Below, piece after piece: positions 25,401-38,500 of a stretch of 64,000 nt of DNA. The notes beneath the pieces are model-generated. The model searched no databases. It was not told where the DNA came from and was given only the letters and a program-made list of their open reading frames with translations. The stretch is from Macrostomum lignano (lineage: Eukaryota), in assembly GCA_002269645.1 (NCBI GenBank), contig NIVC01001383.1, positions 164,740 through 228,739 of the forward strand, given 5' to 3'. How positions within the stretch are numbered: position 1 is the first letter of the stretch; each line of letters begins with the position of its first letter. Made by a program: the position numbers and the translations under genes.

Positions 25401-28400
25401 CCACGTGCACGCTCTGCTGTGGCTAGCCGACAAGCTGAAGCCGGACCAGTACGACTCAATCATCAGCGCCGAGATCCCGGACCCAGTTGCCGACGCGGAC
25501 TTGCACAAGCTGGTCGCCGAGAATCTGCTGCATGGTCCGTGTGGCCAGCAGCTCAACCCGGCGGCGCCGTGCATGGAGAACGGGGTCTGCAGCAAACGCT
25601 ACCCGAGGGAATTCCTAGCAGCCACTAGGGTTGAAGAAGACGGCTACCCGCACTACTGCCGCAGATCTGTCGAGATGGGCGGCTTTTCGGTGACAAAGAT
25701 GGCCAAGCTGCGCGGCGGTCAGAAGGCGAATTTCACCTTCGACAACCGCTGGGTGGTTCCGTACTGCCCAGCGCTGCTGCGCGAGTTTCGCTGTCACCTT
25801 AATGTCGAGATCTGCGCGACAGTCAAGGCGATCAAGTATGTCGTCAAGTACATCACCAAGGGTAGCGACATGGCTGCCTATCAAGTCCGACAAGAGGCTG
25901 CATCTGCGTCAGCCAGCACTACTGCCCCTACTGTCGGTCAGTCGGCGCACGGCAAGATGATTGACGAGATCAAGGACTACCTTCTGGGCAGGTACATCGG
26001 TCCAATGGAAGCGGTCAATACGATCCTGGGCTTTGAAGTGCACAGCCGATACCCCCCTGTGATCAGACTCGCCGTCCATCTGAAGGGCGAGCAGCGGGTC
26101 TTCTTCACTCGCGAGACGGCCCAGGCTGTTGCTGCTCGGCCTAAAGACACGACTCTGACCGCCTTCTTTGATGTAAGTCTTTCAGCCAACTATTGCTTCT
26201 GCTTATATCTCTGTGTACTCTAGGCAATGCTTATACTAGATTGCTTCAAATTAATTAAAGCAGTCAACATTACTCAGCTTTTTTTACTGTAATAATTAAT
26301 ATCATGACACATTCATACACCTTGCCAGCTCTGTCGCCAAGATGAAGTCGCCCGCGGCCTGCTCTACCAAGAGGTGCCCCGGCACTTCACCTGGGACAAC
26401 AGGGCGCACACCTGGCATCGCGCAGGTCGCGGCCGAGAGACTGCCGGTCAGCCAGCTGGCGTTCTGACGACCGGCAATATCGGCCGCATTTACACAGTCA
26501 GTCCTCGGATGGGCGACTGCTTCTACTTGCGCTTGCTCTTGGTGAACGTGCGCGGCCCGACGTCATTCGAGGCGCTGCGCACTGTTGACGGCGTCCTGCT
26601 GCCGACCTTCAAGGCCGCTTGCCAGGCGAGAGGGCTGCTGGAAGACGACAAGCACTGGCAGCTGTGCATGCGCGAGGCTGTGGAGACGCGGCTGCCAGCA
26701 GCTCTGCGCCGGCTTTTCGCGGCAATTCTCACCCATGGTAACCCCAGCGATCCACCGAAGCTGTGGTGCGAGTTCTCCAGTGACATGGCTGGCGACCTGC
26801 TGCACCAGGGCTACAGCACCGAAGCTGCCGAGTCGGAAGTGCTGCGGCAACTGGAGAACTTTCTGGAGACCATGGGAGGATCCGAGCTGCCTGCCTACGG
26901 CCTGCCTAAGCCACGGGTAGAGCCGGATCAGGTAAGTGCACTTATTCTTATGAAAGTATTATTTCTGTAATTTTATTTCTTACCAGTACTCATTTATGCG
27001 GAAAAAATAATCACGTAATATGAAAATTTTACTATTGAGGAAGGCTATAAAGTGCAGCTTTAATGCAGAACTGATAAACAAAATCTTCTATAAGCAATTT
27101 CTTTTCTCTTTCCCAGACCCACCGACTTACTGACTGCCTGCCGACAAACGAAGAAGCAGTTGAGCTCCAGGCAAAAGTCATGGCGCAAATCGGCACCCTG
27201 ACTGGCGAGCAGCGGGCCATTTTCGACGCCATTCAGTCCAGCATGCAGGCCGGCGGTGGCGGTCTGTACTTTATCGATGCTCCCGGCGGCACGGGCAAGA
27301 CATTCTTGCTGACGCTTCTGCTTAATTCTGCTCGAGCGAAGCGTCAGATTGCTGTAGCGGTGGCATCGTCTGGAATTGCGGCGACCATTCTTCCCGGTGG
27401 AAGGACCGCACATTCAATGTGAGCCGCCCTTTCTGATTTTATTTCTGCTTTGCTAGCACTTTTTGTGACTCTTGCTTGCATATTTTAGCGGCTTCCGTTT
27501 CCTAATCAATTCATATCGAGCTTTGCTGTTCAACTTGAATCTTCATCCTCTCCGCCCAGGTTTAAGATACCCGTCTGCGCAGTTCGGCAAGACAGTGCCT
27601 TCTGCTCCATCGGCAGGCGGAGCAAGCTCGCAGAGATTCTGCGGAATGCGCGAATCATCGTGTGGGATGAGGCACCGATGACTCACCGCAAGGACCTGGA
27701 GATCGTGGACCGGTCTCTGCGAGATCTGCTGCGGGTCGAGCAGCCGTTCGGAGGAGCGCTGCTGGTGCTAGCCGGCGACTTCCGCCAGCTGCTGGCTGTG
27801 GTGCCCGGAGGAACGCAGGCGAACACGATCGACGCCTGCCTGACTCAGTCGGCTTTGTGGCCGCATTTCCAGCAGCACCACTTGACCAGAAATCTGCGGC
27901 TCGAGAGCGACTCTGATGCCAAAAGCTACGCAGATTTTCTTATGCAGGTGAGAAAATAATTCCTTCACTATTTTGCACGAAATTTTAAATTAATGCTTTT
28001 CATTAATAATCTACGTTCCAAAACAATTTCAAAATATGTACAATATTCTTCTAAATCGATTTCTGCATGCTTACAGAGACTAAATAAATAACTCTATGAC
28101 GTGAAATGTCTCTTTTATTCCTCAATTCCATTAGGTTGGCAACGGAGAGCTACCAGAGGACGAAGAGGGCATGGTTTCCCTGCCTAGCGAGATTCTCATG
28201 CCTGATGACACGACCACTGAGCAGCTCATCCGGCACGTCTACCCGTCGTTCGAGCCAAGCCCGCACCGTGACCAGATGTTCGCGGAGCGGAGCATTCTGT
28301 CGCCGCTCAACAGGACGGTAGACGAGACCAACGCCGCCTGCCTGGCGCTCTTTCCTGGAGACAGTCGGGCCTATCTATCAGTCGATTCAATTCCGAACGA

Positions 28401-29154
28401 CGATGTGGCAGCTACCAATTTTCCACCGGAGCTGCTGAACCGACTTGATCCCAACGGCCTGCCGCATCACCGGCTGGAGCTCAAGGTCGGCATGCCGGTC
28501 ATGATGATGCGGAACCTCGACCCACCGCTGCTGTGCAACGGAACCCGGCTGCTGCTGCGTGAGCTGCGGGACAACGTGCTGCTCGCGGAGGTCGCCACTG
28601 GCATCTACCGTGGGCGGCAGGTGTTCATCCCGCGAATCCCACAGGAGCCGAGTCCTACTGAGCTGCCCTTCACGTTCCGCCGCCTGCAGTTTCCAATCCG
28701 GCCATGCTTCGCCATGACCATCCACAAGAGCCAGGGCCAATCGCTGAGCACCTACGCCGTCGACCTGACGACAGGCTGCTTTCAGCACGGCCAGCTCTAC
28801 GTGGCTCTGAGTCGTGCGCGGAGTGCATCGGGCGTCAAGGTGCGCGCCCCAGGCGGTCGGACGCAGAACATCGTACTGCGGCAGCTCATTGGTAAGTTCA
28901 ATTGTTAAATCCCTAAATACATATTTTAGTGTCGTTAGCTGAATTTAGTGTATTTCAGCCTGTACTTTTTTGGGTGACCCGAAATATAAATATGGCAATA
29001 CCGGCAATATGGAAATTAAAAGTCAAAATTTAAGTCTGAAAGTAGCCGACACCGACATAGATGCTTAGGGAGTCTATAAGGAAATTGACTCGAATTTTCA
29101 TACTCAATTTGACTGCCAAATTTTTATTTTCTCACCCTAGCACGCAACTTCTGA
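22494..29154 (+). CDS. Helitron Rep/PIF1-family helicase (RepHel), 10 exons, about 1688 aa, no stops or frameshifts seen
   Basis: Exons 22494-23386, 23634-23751, 23946-24519, 24663-25301, 25394-26172, 26329-26931, 27117-27418, 27560-27947, 28135-28891, 29141-29154 join in consistent phase (5067 nt). Motifs: Zn-finger GRMDRQCSHCGALRW..CCHSGK, YDPLEYVLLFPFGEDGW, GRPDLFLTMTCNPKWPEI, HUH EYQKRGLPHVHALLW, KYVVKY, Walker A DAPGGTGKT, IVWDEAPM, GDFRQLL, FAMTIHKSQGQS, HGQLYVALSR. The last mini-exon is tentative; the unspliced alternative stops at 28908. Confidence 0.92.
22569..23380 (+). repeat. Coding 69-bp (23-aa) tandem repeat, STPR-like, in the RepHel N-terminus
   Basis: Unit (A)AEGEAERQHRLEQDRLRTAEDR with 69-bp period (22704 to 22773). 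About 8 near-perfect copies plus degenerate flanking copies such as ETPEEHAARLEQNRLCQAERRAV. Confidence 0.9.
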
Positions 29155-30876
29155 CCTCGCCGCTGACGTAGAGCCCGGTTACTTCATCGAGATCTGCGGG
29201 ACAATGAACTGGTCGCCGTGGTCGCTGCGGCCCAGTTTCAAAGGCGGTCGGCCTTCATCCCGCGGCGCGCAACACTGACCTGCGACAGCTCCCTCGCAGG
29301 CAAAGCAGCGCGCCGAGTGACCGGGTTCGTGTCCTTCTTTTGCCGGATTTGTCATTGTAAATAATAAGTCTGGGCTGCAGCTCAGCCAAAAGTAAAATAT
29401 CTATAACTTAATTTCTATTTAAGCTATAATTTGCAAGTTCAAACTAAAAATTTAACAGCAAATAATGCTTCACGTGCAGTATACGAGTAAATAATGAAAT
29501 TTTGAAATTAAGATTAACATCTGAAACGCCCTGCTGCAGGCTAGACTGATATTTCGCACTTTCTATTAATTTATTTGCACCCGATCAAGCCCCACTTTTT
29601 TATTGCTTTTTAATATTAAAACATTAAAAGATTTTTATAGCCCTAGAACACTTGATTCATGCTTTAAAGTCTCCCCTCATTTTCCTTCCCGCCGGAGCTG
29701 CTCAAACTTGACTTCAACGACTGGCCTCTCAACATCGACCCGAGCTGAATGTGCCATCAGCCCGCCCGTTGCTGCTGTCCCAATGGCCCGTTGCTGCTCA
29801 GGGATCTGAGGGTCGACACGCCGGTAGCTGAGGACGCCACCGGCCAGAGTCCCCTGGACAGCCTTCGGAGTCGCTGAAGCCCAAGCTGTGACCAATTTGC
29901 GCCCAGCTGCAGCTCCGTGCCATTGCTTCAATCTGATCAAGTGTTTTATCGTGCTTGCCCTGATCGGGTGCCTCATGAATTTTGCATGCCATCTTTCATT
30001 TATTGTATATTACTCATACATTTGTATTTCACCCATTCAAATATTCCCTTCGATAATTCAGGGCATCAAAAATTACATACGCCGTGTCGAAATTCATAGC
30101 AACTCGGCAATTTTGGCTCCTTTGTGAAAATTCCCGCTAAGCTAGAAAAATTTGCTGCTAGCTATTCAAGACTGTCAACTGTTCCATATGGGGATTCTAT
30201 CAGCCACATAGAATTGTCGAGGAATTTATCAAATTCACTTTATCCTTTCTCTACAAATTATTTTTTTTCAGGATGCCCTCCATTATCATGCGTACAAATA
30301 CATTCCCCAGGTTGTAAATAGCTATTTGCCAAAATTTTCTATCAGTAGAACTAAGCGATGGAAAATTGTTATTAATTGTTATTAATTGTTATTAATATAT
30401 TTTTCACTTCCTATATAAAAATCCCAGCTCGATACTTCTACTGCTATTTTTATTATGCTTTTTAACTTTTCTGCGTCACTAAAGTAAAATAATGTACAAT
30501 TCTAAATTTTTCAATGTAAATACAAATAGTAATTATATGAAAAAGGCCTCTTCACAAATTTCCTTCAATGTATGATTGTTACAGCTTATATCATCACTAT
30601 ATATTACTAAATCTCAAATCAATTGCTAAACTTTAATACCTGCTTCTACACAATGTCAAAACGCCTTTTTAAGTCATAACTGAACACATGTGGCTTCGTG
30701 AAATGAGGCACAGAAGGGCAGGAAATCTTCAAACTTACACGTGTTGAGGCCTTTTCTAATAAATTTCAATTAATAACTTTCGTCTCCGACTTGCCTAAAT
30801 CATTTACACGAAATTACTTAGCGAATGAGAATTTCTTCCTTGGAGATATTCAAATGGTGAGGGATCGTGACAGGGG

Positions 30877-31038
30877 CAGGGGCGTAGCCAGGAATTTCCT
30901 ACGGAGGGATACACCAAGGTAAAAGTGCTATGCAGAGTCACGTGGTAGCATGTATAGCAACAAAGGGCAACAAAAAAGTTTTGGTCAGGCTCTTCGGGGG
31001 GATACATCCCCCCTAACTCCCCCATCCCTACGCCCCTG
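30877..31038. mobile_element. Small MITE-like element with 11-bp TIRs (CAGGGGCGTAG...CTACGCCCCTG)
   Basis: Perfect inverted termini at 30877-30887 and 31028-31038. No clean TSD identified, so the superfamily is unassigned. Confidence 0.6.
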
Positions 31039-32146
31039 GGTCACAGGGGTGCAGAGTTCTGATGGGATATTTCAAATGGTGAGGGAGTGACAGGAGTGCA
31101 GGGATTTGAGGGGATATTGCAAAGCTCCTCAGTAGGGAAAGCGATATGGAGTACGAAAAACCAGTTAATGCAAAGAAAATTAGACTCCGTTATCAAAACA
31201 ACTAACTGCCAAGCATTGATCAGAATGTCTACAAGAGATAATTTATTAAAGTTAAAGTTAATAGGAAGGAAATAGATAATAGGAGAGAGTAGAGGAGAAA
31301 GAAGAGTGAGATGAGGGATGAGAGATGAGAGAGTAGAGGAGAGAGGAGAGAGAAATATGAGAAAAGAGGGGGGAAAGATATGAGAAAAGAGGGGGAAAAG
31401 ATACAGGAGAGAGTACAGACGCAATTTCAAACGCAACCTGTTCCTCGAGTTTTAAACTTTGAGAGAAGAGACTTATATTGCTGGAAAGAGCTTGCAACGC
31501 TGAGTTCGGGGATATAAGTTTCTTGCTTTAAACATGAAAACAAAAAGCACAGCATTCAAGAAAAAATCATTCTTTAAATTTTCTGACAACTATTCAATTC
31601 AAATAACCCGTGTTGGGGCCGGGGTGGCGGGGGTGGCGAGCGGTGAAGTGATAGGGTTCAGTGTACACAGTGAATGCCCAGTAGGCTACAGAACAAACTT
31701 TAAACTTTAAACTATCAACTTTAAAATGACACTCTGCACCTTTACACCTCAATAACTATCGGCCCCCACCACGACAACAGTGTATTGACTCAATAGCGTA
31801 AATAAGCTTAACCCTCTAACAATCAACCCCAAACTCTTGGATTTTCTCTATGCGCTCACAGTGTACAGCTGCAGGCCTACCCTACACAATGACTGTAATG
31901 TCTACGAGTAAATGAAAAAATCCTACAGACCTTTCTACCTGATCTCGACACAGGCCTTTTTGTCAATTTTTTTCAAGGTGCTAAAACCTTTAGCTGGCTA
32001 CCCCAACCAGTTCTAAACCAGTTCTGTGCAAATCTAGCCCGATAAATGTGACAGCAGCCATTCATCTGAAAAAATATCTGTTCCCAAAATAACGTCCAAA
32101 TTTTTTTCTTAATTTACTCTATTCACTTACCTAACTTAATTAACTT

Positions 32147-32578
32147 ATGGCTCATCACACAACACAATCCGGCAGCAACCTGGAGAAATTCGACAAGCAG
32201 AAGAAAGCCATGGAGCAGCACTTCAATACATTCTTAAGATTGACATCGGAAATAATTCAGGAGGACCACGAGACACTACAACACGAATCGAAGAGCAAGG
32301 CATCACTCGCCGAAGTCGTGGCTGAGCAAAGGCAGCAACTGGACGACTACAAGAAGCGACTGACAGACACCGAGGCTGAGCTGGAGCGCAAGAAGAGAGA
32401 GTGCGAGCGACTGGAAGCCCTGGTGCAAGAGCAGGAGCAAGTTCTGTTCGCAACCGTCGAGCTCAATTTGGAACCACCAGCCAAGCGACCCCACAGCCAG
32501 GACGAGCCCGACAAGAGCGATACCCTGGCTGAGGAGTCTGCGGCGGCGCCCAAGGAGGACCCGGCTGCGGCGAACTGA
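32147..32578 (+). CDS. Orphan 143-aa coiled-coil protein carried within the composite Helitron
   Basis: ATG-to-stop ORF with GC-rich, exon-like codon usage inside AT-rich flanks. Heptad-like E/K/R/Q-rich helix LAEVVAEQRQQLDDYKKRLTDTEAELERKKRECERLEALVQEQ and an NLS-like PPAKRP. No family recognised. Confidence 0.6.
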   Translation: MAHHTTQSGSNLEKFDKQKKAMEQHFNTFLRLTSEIIQEDHETLQHESKSKASLAEVVAEQRQQLDDYKKRLTDTEAELERKKRECERLEALVQEQEQVLFATVELNLEPPAKRPHSQDEPDKSDTLAEESAAAPKEDPAAAN

Positions 32579-35500
32579 ACTGACTTTCTGTTTTCTTTCT
32601 TTTTTGCGACCACATGTAACCATACTATTTAATAGCTATTTAGTTTAGTTAGTTTAATCAAACATGGTAAAATTAATTCAGAATTATTAGTTTCTACGAT
32701 GCAAACGATTTATTAGAAGATAAAATTATAGCTCCTGCTTCGGTAGTAGGGTTCCCAGGAAGTCGCACTTTCTCTTTTTGTAATCTTTCTCGGTCATGCC
32801 TGTCAGTCACTTTTTTGGTCATTCGTCAGTGAATGCGTTGCCCTTCGCTTTTGGTGTAGCATTTCCGCCTTCCCCTATTATTTCCGATGTCAATCTTAAC
32901 ATGTATTGCGATGCTCTACCATAGCTTTCTAATGCTTATCGACTTCAACTGTTGCTGTGGATTGTGTTTTGTGACAATGTAATTTATGTAATAAATATAA
33001 CTAAAAACTTAATATTTTTGTCATGTAGATATAATGTATTATTTGATAAAGTTCTGTTTCACAGAGACGATTTTGATGGCTTTCAGTTTCCCAAAGAAAA
33101 TTTTGATACATTTCTGTTTCTCGGAGAGAATTTTGATGGATTTCTATTTGACGGAGGATTTCGATGGATTTGGTACCTTCAGTCAGTCAGAGAAAAGAGA
33201 AAAGAGATTATAGAAAAGAGTAGATATGAGAGAGGAGAGATTAGAGATGACATATGGGAGAAAATAGGAGAGTAAGGCGAGAATGAAGAGGGAGAGAGAA
33301 GAGAAGAGGAGAGAGGAGATGAGAGGGGAGATATGAGATAGCAGAGGGAGACAGGAGAGATGATAGGAGAGAGAATAGATGAGGGATAAGAGCGTGAGAG
33401 AGAGTGTGTGTGAGAGTGTGAGAGCGTATATAAGATTTGAGAAATGAGAGCAGAGAGGAGAGAAAAGAGAAGAGAGAGAGAGGGTTAAGAGAGACGATAG
33501 ATAAGTGAGTAGAGATGACATATGAGAGAGAAGAGAAGAGGGAGAGATAAGAGAGAAGAAGCAAGACAAGAGACAAAAGAGGGTACAGACGAAAGACGAG
33601 GGAGAAGAGATAAATAAGTGAGTAGGGGTAATTCATGAAAATTTGCATGAATTTCAAGTGATTGCGCCACAACTTTTCCCTATCTCTGCAGTGTATTTTC
33701 TCTCCAGTGGGGGGATGGGGCGTTCTAAATGGCTGCATGTGTACAATCGGACCCTGGCTCACCGGCTGACTTTATAGACAATTGCGCAAAGATTTGTGTT
33801 CTAATTTTCAATAGGCAGCCCTGTGATTTTGTTGAACCTTGAAATTCAATGCATAAACTTGCGGGCCTCTTTAGCAGGCAGTGAACGTACAATCGATATT
33901 TCAATGCTTTAAATCAGAAAGTTTCAAACGCAAACTGTTGCTCGAGTTTTTAACTTTGAGAGAAAAAAATTATATTGCTGGAAAGAACTTGCAACGCTGA
34001 GTTCGAGGATATAAGTTGTTTGCTTTAAATATGAAAGAAAAAACACAGCATTTGAAAAACTTTCATACTTTTAACTTTCTGCAAAGATTGTACTCATTTT
34101 TAGTTCAATGCCCCCAACAGTTGGGGGTTCAATTTCTAACTGCCACTGCGTATTGAAAAGGGGTCGGTCTCTGTGTACTGGAGGGTTGATTTAAATTGCG
34201 CAATCTTTTTGTTAACTTTAACTGAGACTGATACTGACTGACTGAGAAATCAGTTGCGCAATCAATTGATTCAATTGGTTCAATTTTTTTATTTGGACAC
34301 GCAGATGTGTGTAGCTTTAACCCTAACCCTAACCCTAACCCTAACCCTAACCAATGAATCCTGATATTTTATTCTTTTTGACGGAGAAAATTTCGATTGA
34401 GTCCAGTTTTAAAGAGAGAATTTCGATGGTTTTCAGTTTCACGGAGAGGATTTCTGTTTCGCGGAGAGGATTTCGATGGTTTTCAGTTGCACAGACAAGA
34501 TTTCTGCTTCGCGGAGAGGATCTTGATAGATTTGGCATCTTCAATCAGTCAGAGAAGAGAGTAAAGAGAAGAATGAAAAAAGAAAATAGATGAGATGATA
34601 GACAACAGAGTAGAAATGAGTGGAGAGATTAGACATGACAGATGGAAGAGAAGAGGGGAGTAAGGCGGGGACGAAGGAGAGAGGAGATGAGAGGGGCGAT
34701 ATGAGATAGCAAAGGGAGAAAAGAGAGATTATAGGAGAGAGAATAGATGAGGGATAAGAGCATACAGAGGAAATAGAAGAGAGGGGAGAGTAGAGGAGAA
34801 CGAAAGAGTGAGATGGGGGATGAGAAATGAGAGAGGAGGGGAGAGAGAAGAGAGGAGAAAAGAGGGGAGAAAGGAGACAGGAGAGAGTACAGAAGAAAGA
34901 CCAGGGAGAAGATATAAATAAGGTAGTAGAGATGAGAGGAGAGAGAGGAGAGAGAAGCGAAAGGAGAAGAAAGAGAGGAGAGAGGAGAGAGATGAAAGAT
35001 CAGAGATAAGAGAATGTAGAGAGGAAAGTAGTGAGGAGAGGAGAGATGACAGATGCGATAAAAAGAGAGGATAGAAAAGAGAGAAGAGAAGAGACAGGGA
35101 AAAGTGGAAAGGTGGAAAGAAAGATTGAAGACAAGTAAGTGGACTGTGAGAGCGTATATGAGATATGAGAAATGAGAGCAGAGAGGAAAGAAAAGAGAAG
35201 AGAGAGAGGGTTAAGAGAGACAATAGATAAGTGAATAGGGATAACATATAAAAGAGGAGAGAAGAGGGAGAGATAAGAGAGAAGAGAGAAGACAGGAGAC
35301 AGAAGTGAAGAGGAGAGATATGAGAGAAGAGAGGAGACAAGAGACAGGAGAGGGTACAGACGAAAGACGAGGGAGAAAACATAAATAAGGGAGTACGGGT
35401 AGAGATGAGATGAGAGAGGAAGAGAGAAGAGAGTCACGATAATAGCACAGAGTGGAGAGAGTAGATATGAGAGACGTGAGAGTCTTTGAGCTATGGTCTT

Positions 35501-38500
35501 TGAAAGGTTTTCTAAAGAATTTGGAGACGATTTGGAAGATAGGGTTCAAGACATGGAATTTCAGTTGATGGATATTTCAGGGAATGGAATTCCGGTGATG
35601 GGAGTTCTTCCCCTTTCTCCTCCGAAGGAGGAGTTCCACTCGTATATACTAAAGTTGACGTGTTGTTTGTCTGTCTGTCTGTCTGTGTGTCTGTCATTTC
35701 GACAACTCCTCCTTGAATAGTGCCAACTCAGCGTTGAAACTTATATGGGAAGATTGGAAATTATCCGAGGTCGGCTATAGGCTATTTTAATTCTGAAATT
35801 TTAATTTCTAAGATCCTCAAAAAAGCAGAAAACGGCGGTCTTGACCTTTGATAATCTTAATTGTCCCCTCTTTCTGCTTGGAGCTGAAAATTTGCATGAA
35901 TTTCAAGTGATTGCGCCACAACTTTTCCCTATCTCTGCAGTGTATTTTCTCTCCAGTGGGGGGATGGGGCGTTCTAAATGGCTGCCTGTGTACAATCGGA
36001 CCCTGGCTCACTGGCTGACTGTATAGACAATTGCGCAAAGATTTGTGTTCTAATTTTCAATAGGCAGCCCTGTGATTTTGTTGAACCTTGAAATTCAATG
36101 CATAAACTTGCGGGCCTCTTTAGCAGGCAGTGAACGTACAATTGATATTTCAATGCTTTAAATCAGAAAGTTTCAAACGCAAACTGTTGCTCGAGTTTTT
36201 AACTTTGAGAGAAAAAATTAATATTGCTGGAAAGAACTTGCAAAGCTGATTTCAGGGATATAAATTGTTTGCTTTAAATATGAAAAGAAAAAGCACAGCA
36301 TTGAAAAAACTATTTCCATACTTTTAACTTTCTGCAAAAATTGTACTCAGTTTTGCGAGACGTAATAGATAAAGTTGGGGGGAGAGTTCAACTTCTCACT
36401 GCTGCTGTGTATTGGAGGGTTGATTTAGATTGCGCAATGTTTTTCTTAACTTTAACTGAGACTGATACTGACTGACTGAGAAATCGGTTGCGCAATCAAT
36501 TGATTCAATTGGTTCAATTTTTTATTTGAACACGCAGCTGTGTGTAGCTTTAACCCTAACCCTAACCCTAACAATAACCCTAACCAATGAATCCTGATAT
36601 TTATTTTTTTGACGGAGAAAATTTCGATTGAGTCCAGTTTAAAAGAGAGAATTTCGATGGTTTTCAGTTTCACGGAAAGGATTTCGAAGGAGTCCAGTTT
36701 CACGGAGAGGATTTCGATGGTTTTCAGTTGCACGGACAGGATTTCTGCTTCGCGGAGAGGATCTTGATGGATTTGGCATCTTCAATCAGTCAGAGAAAAG
36801 AGTAAAGAGAAGAATGAAAGCAGAAGAGAGATGAGATGATAGAAAACAGAGTAGAAATAAGTGGAGATATTAGACATGACAGATTGGAGAGAAGAGGGGA
36901 TTTAGGCGGGAACGAAGAGGGAGAGAGAAGAAAAGAGGAGAGAGGAGAGAAAATAGATTAGGGATAAGAGCGTACAGAGAAAATAGAAGAGAGGGGAGAG
37001 TAGAGGAGAAAGAAAGAGTGAGATGAGGGGATGAGGGATGAGAGAGGAGGGAGACAGGAGAGACAAGAAAGTAGAAAAGAGGGGAGAAAGGAGAAAGGAG
37101 AGAGTAGAGACGAAGGACCAGTTAGAAGATATAAATACGGTAGTAGAGATGAGAGGAGAGATAGGAGAGAGAAGCGAGAGAAGAAGCGAGAGGAGAAGAG
37201 AAAGAGGAGAGAGGAGAGAGATGAAATAGATAAGAGAGTTAAGAGAGGAAAGTAGTGAGGAGAGGAGAGATGAGAGATGCGATGATAAGAGATGAGTGAG
37301 AACATAAGAGAGAAGAGAGAAGAGATTAGAGAAGAGAGGGAAGAAGATAAAAGGAGCAAGGGGAGGAGAAAAGAGAGAATGGAGAGGATAGAAAAGAGAG
37401 AAGAGAAGAGACAGGGAAAAGTGGAAAGGAGGAAAGAAAGATTGAAGACAAGTAAGTGGAGTGTGAGAGCGTATATGAGATATGAGAAATGAGAGCAGAG
37501 AGGAAAGAAAAGAGAAGAGAGAGAGGGTTAAGAGAGACGATAGATAAGTGAATAGGGATGACATATAAAAGAGGAGAGAAGAGGGAGAGATAAGAGAGAA
37601 GAGAGGAGACAGGAGACAGAAGTGAAGAGGAGAGATATGAGAGAAGAGAGGAGACAAGAGACAGGAGAGGGTACAGACGAAAGACGAGGGAGAAAACATA
37701 AATAAGGGAGTACGGGTAGAGATGAGATGAGAGAGAGGAGAGAGAAGAGAGTCACGATAATAGCACAGAGTGGAGAGAGTAGATATGAGAGACGTGAGAG
37801 TCTTTGAGCTATGGTCTTTGAAAGGTTTTCTAAAGAATTTGGAGACGATTTGGAAGATAGGGTTCAAGACATGGAATTTCAGTTGATGGATATTTCAGGG
37901 AATGGAATTCCGGTGATGGGAGTTCTTCCCCTTTCTTCTCCGAAGGAGGAGTTGGCCTCGTCTCGTCTATATACTAAATCTCTTCTATCTTCTTCTTCTT
38001 CTTTCTTTCTTCTTCTTCTCTTCTCTATCTATATATACTAAAGTTAGTGCGATGTTTGTGTGTTTGTTTGTCTGTTGCATAACTCCTCCTAGAATACTTG
38101 CAACTCAGCGTTGAAACTTATATTGGAAAACTGCAAATTTTCCGAGGATGGCTTTAGGCTATTTTAATATTGCATTTTTACATTTTAAGATCCCTAAAAA
38201 AGCAGAAAACGGTGGTCTTGACCTTTGATAATCTTAATTGTCCCCTCTCTCTGCTTGGAGCTGAAAATTTACATGAATTTTGAGTGATTGCGCAACAACT
38301 GTCTCCTATCTCTACAGTGTATTTTCTCTCCAGTGGGGGGATGGTCGCATTCTCAGTGGCTGCGTGTGTACAATCGGACCCTAGCTCACTGGCTGATTGT
38401 ATAGATAGACAATTGCGCAACGATATGTGTTCTGATTTTCAATAGGCTGCCCTGTGTAGTTTTGGACAGTGAAAGTCAATGAATAAACTTGCGAGCCTCC

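Larger units (their letters stand above)
21269..35642 (+). mobile_element. Composite, putatively autonomous Helitron unit (about 14.4 kb)
   Basis: Starts TCTATCTATCTATATATACTAAAG right after the preceding CTCG. The next hairpin+CTCG terminus I found is at about 35617-35642. Contains the RepHel gene, a small TIR element, an orphan ORF and GA-rich modules. The 3' boundary is inferred. Confidence 0.7.
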
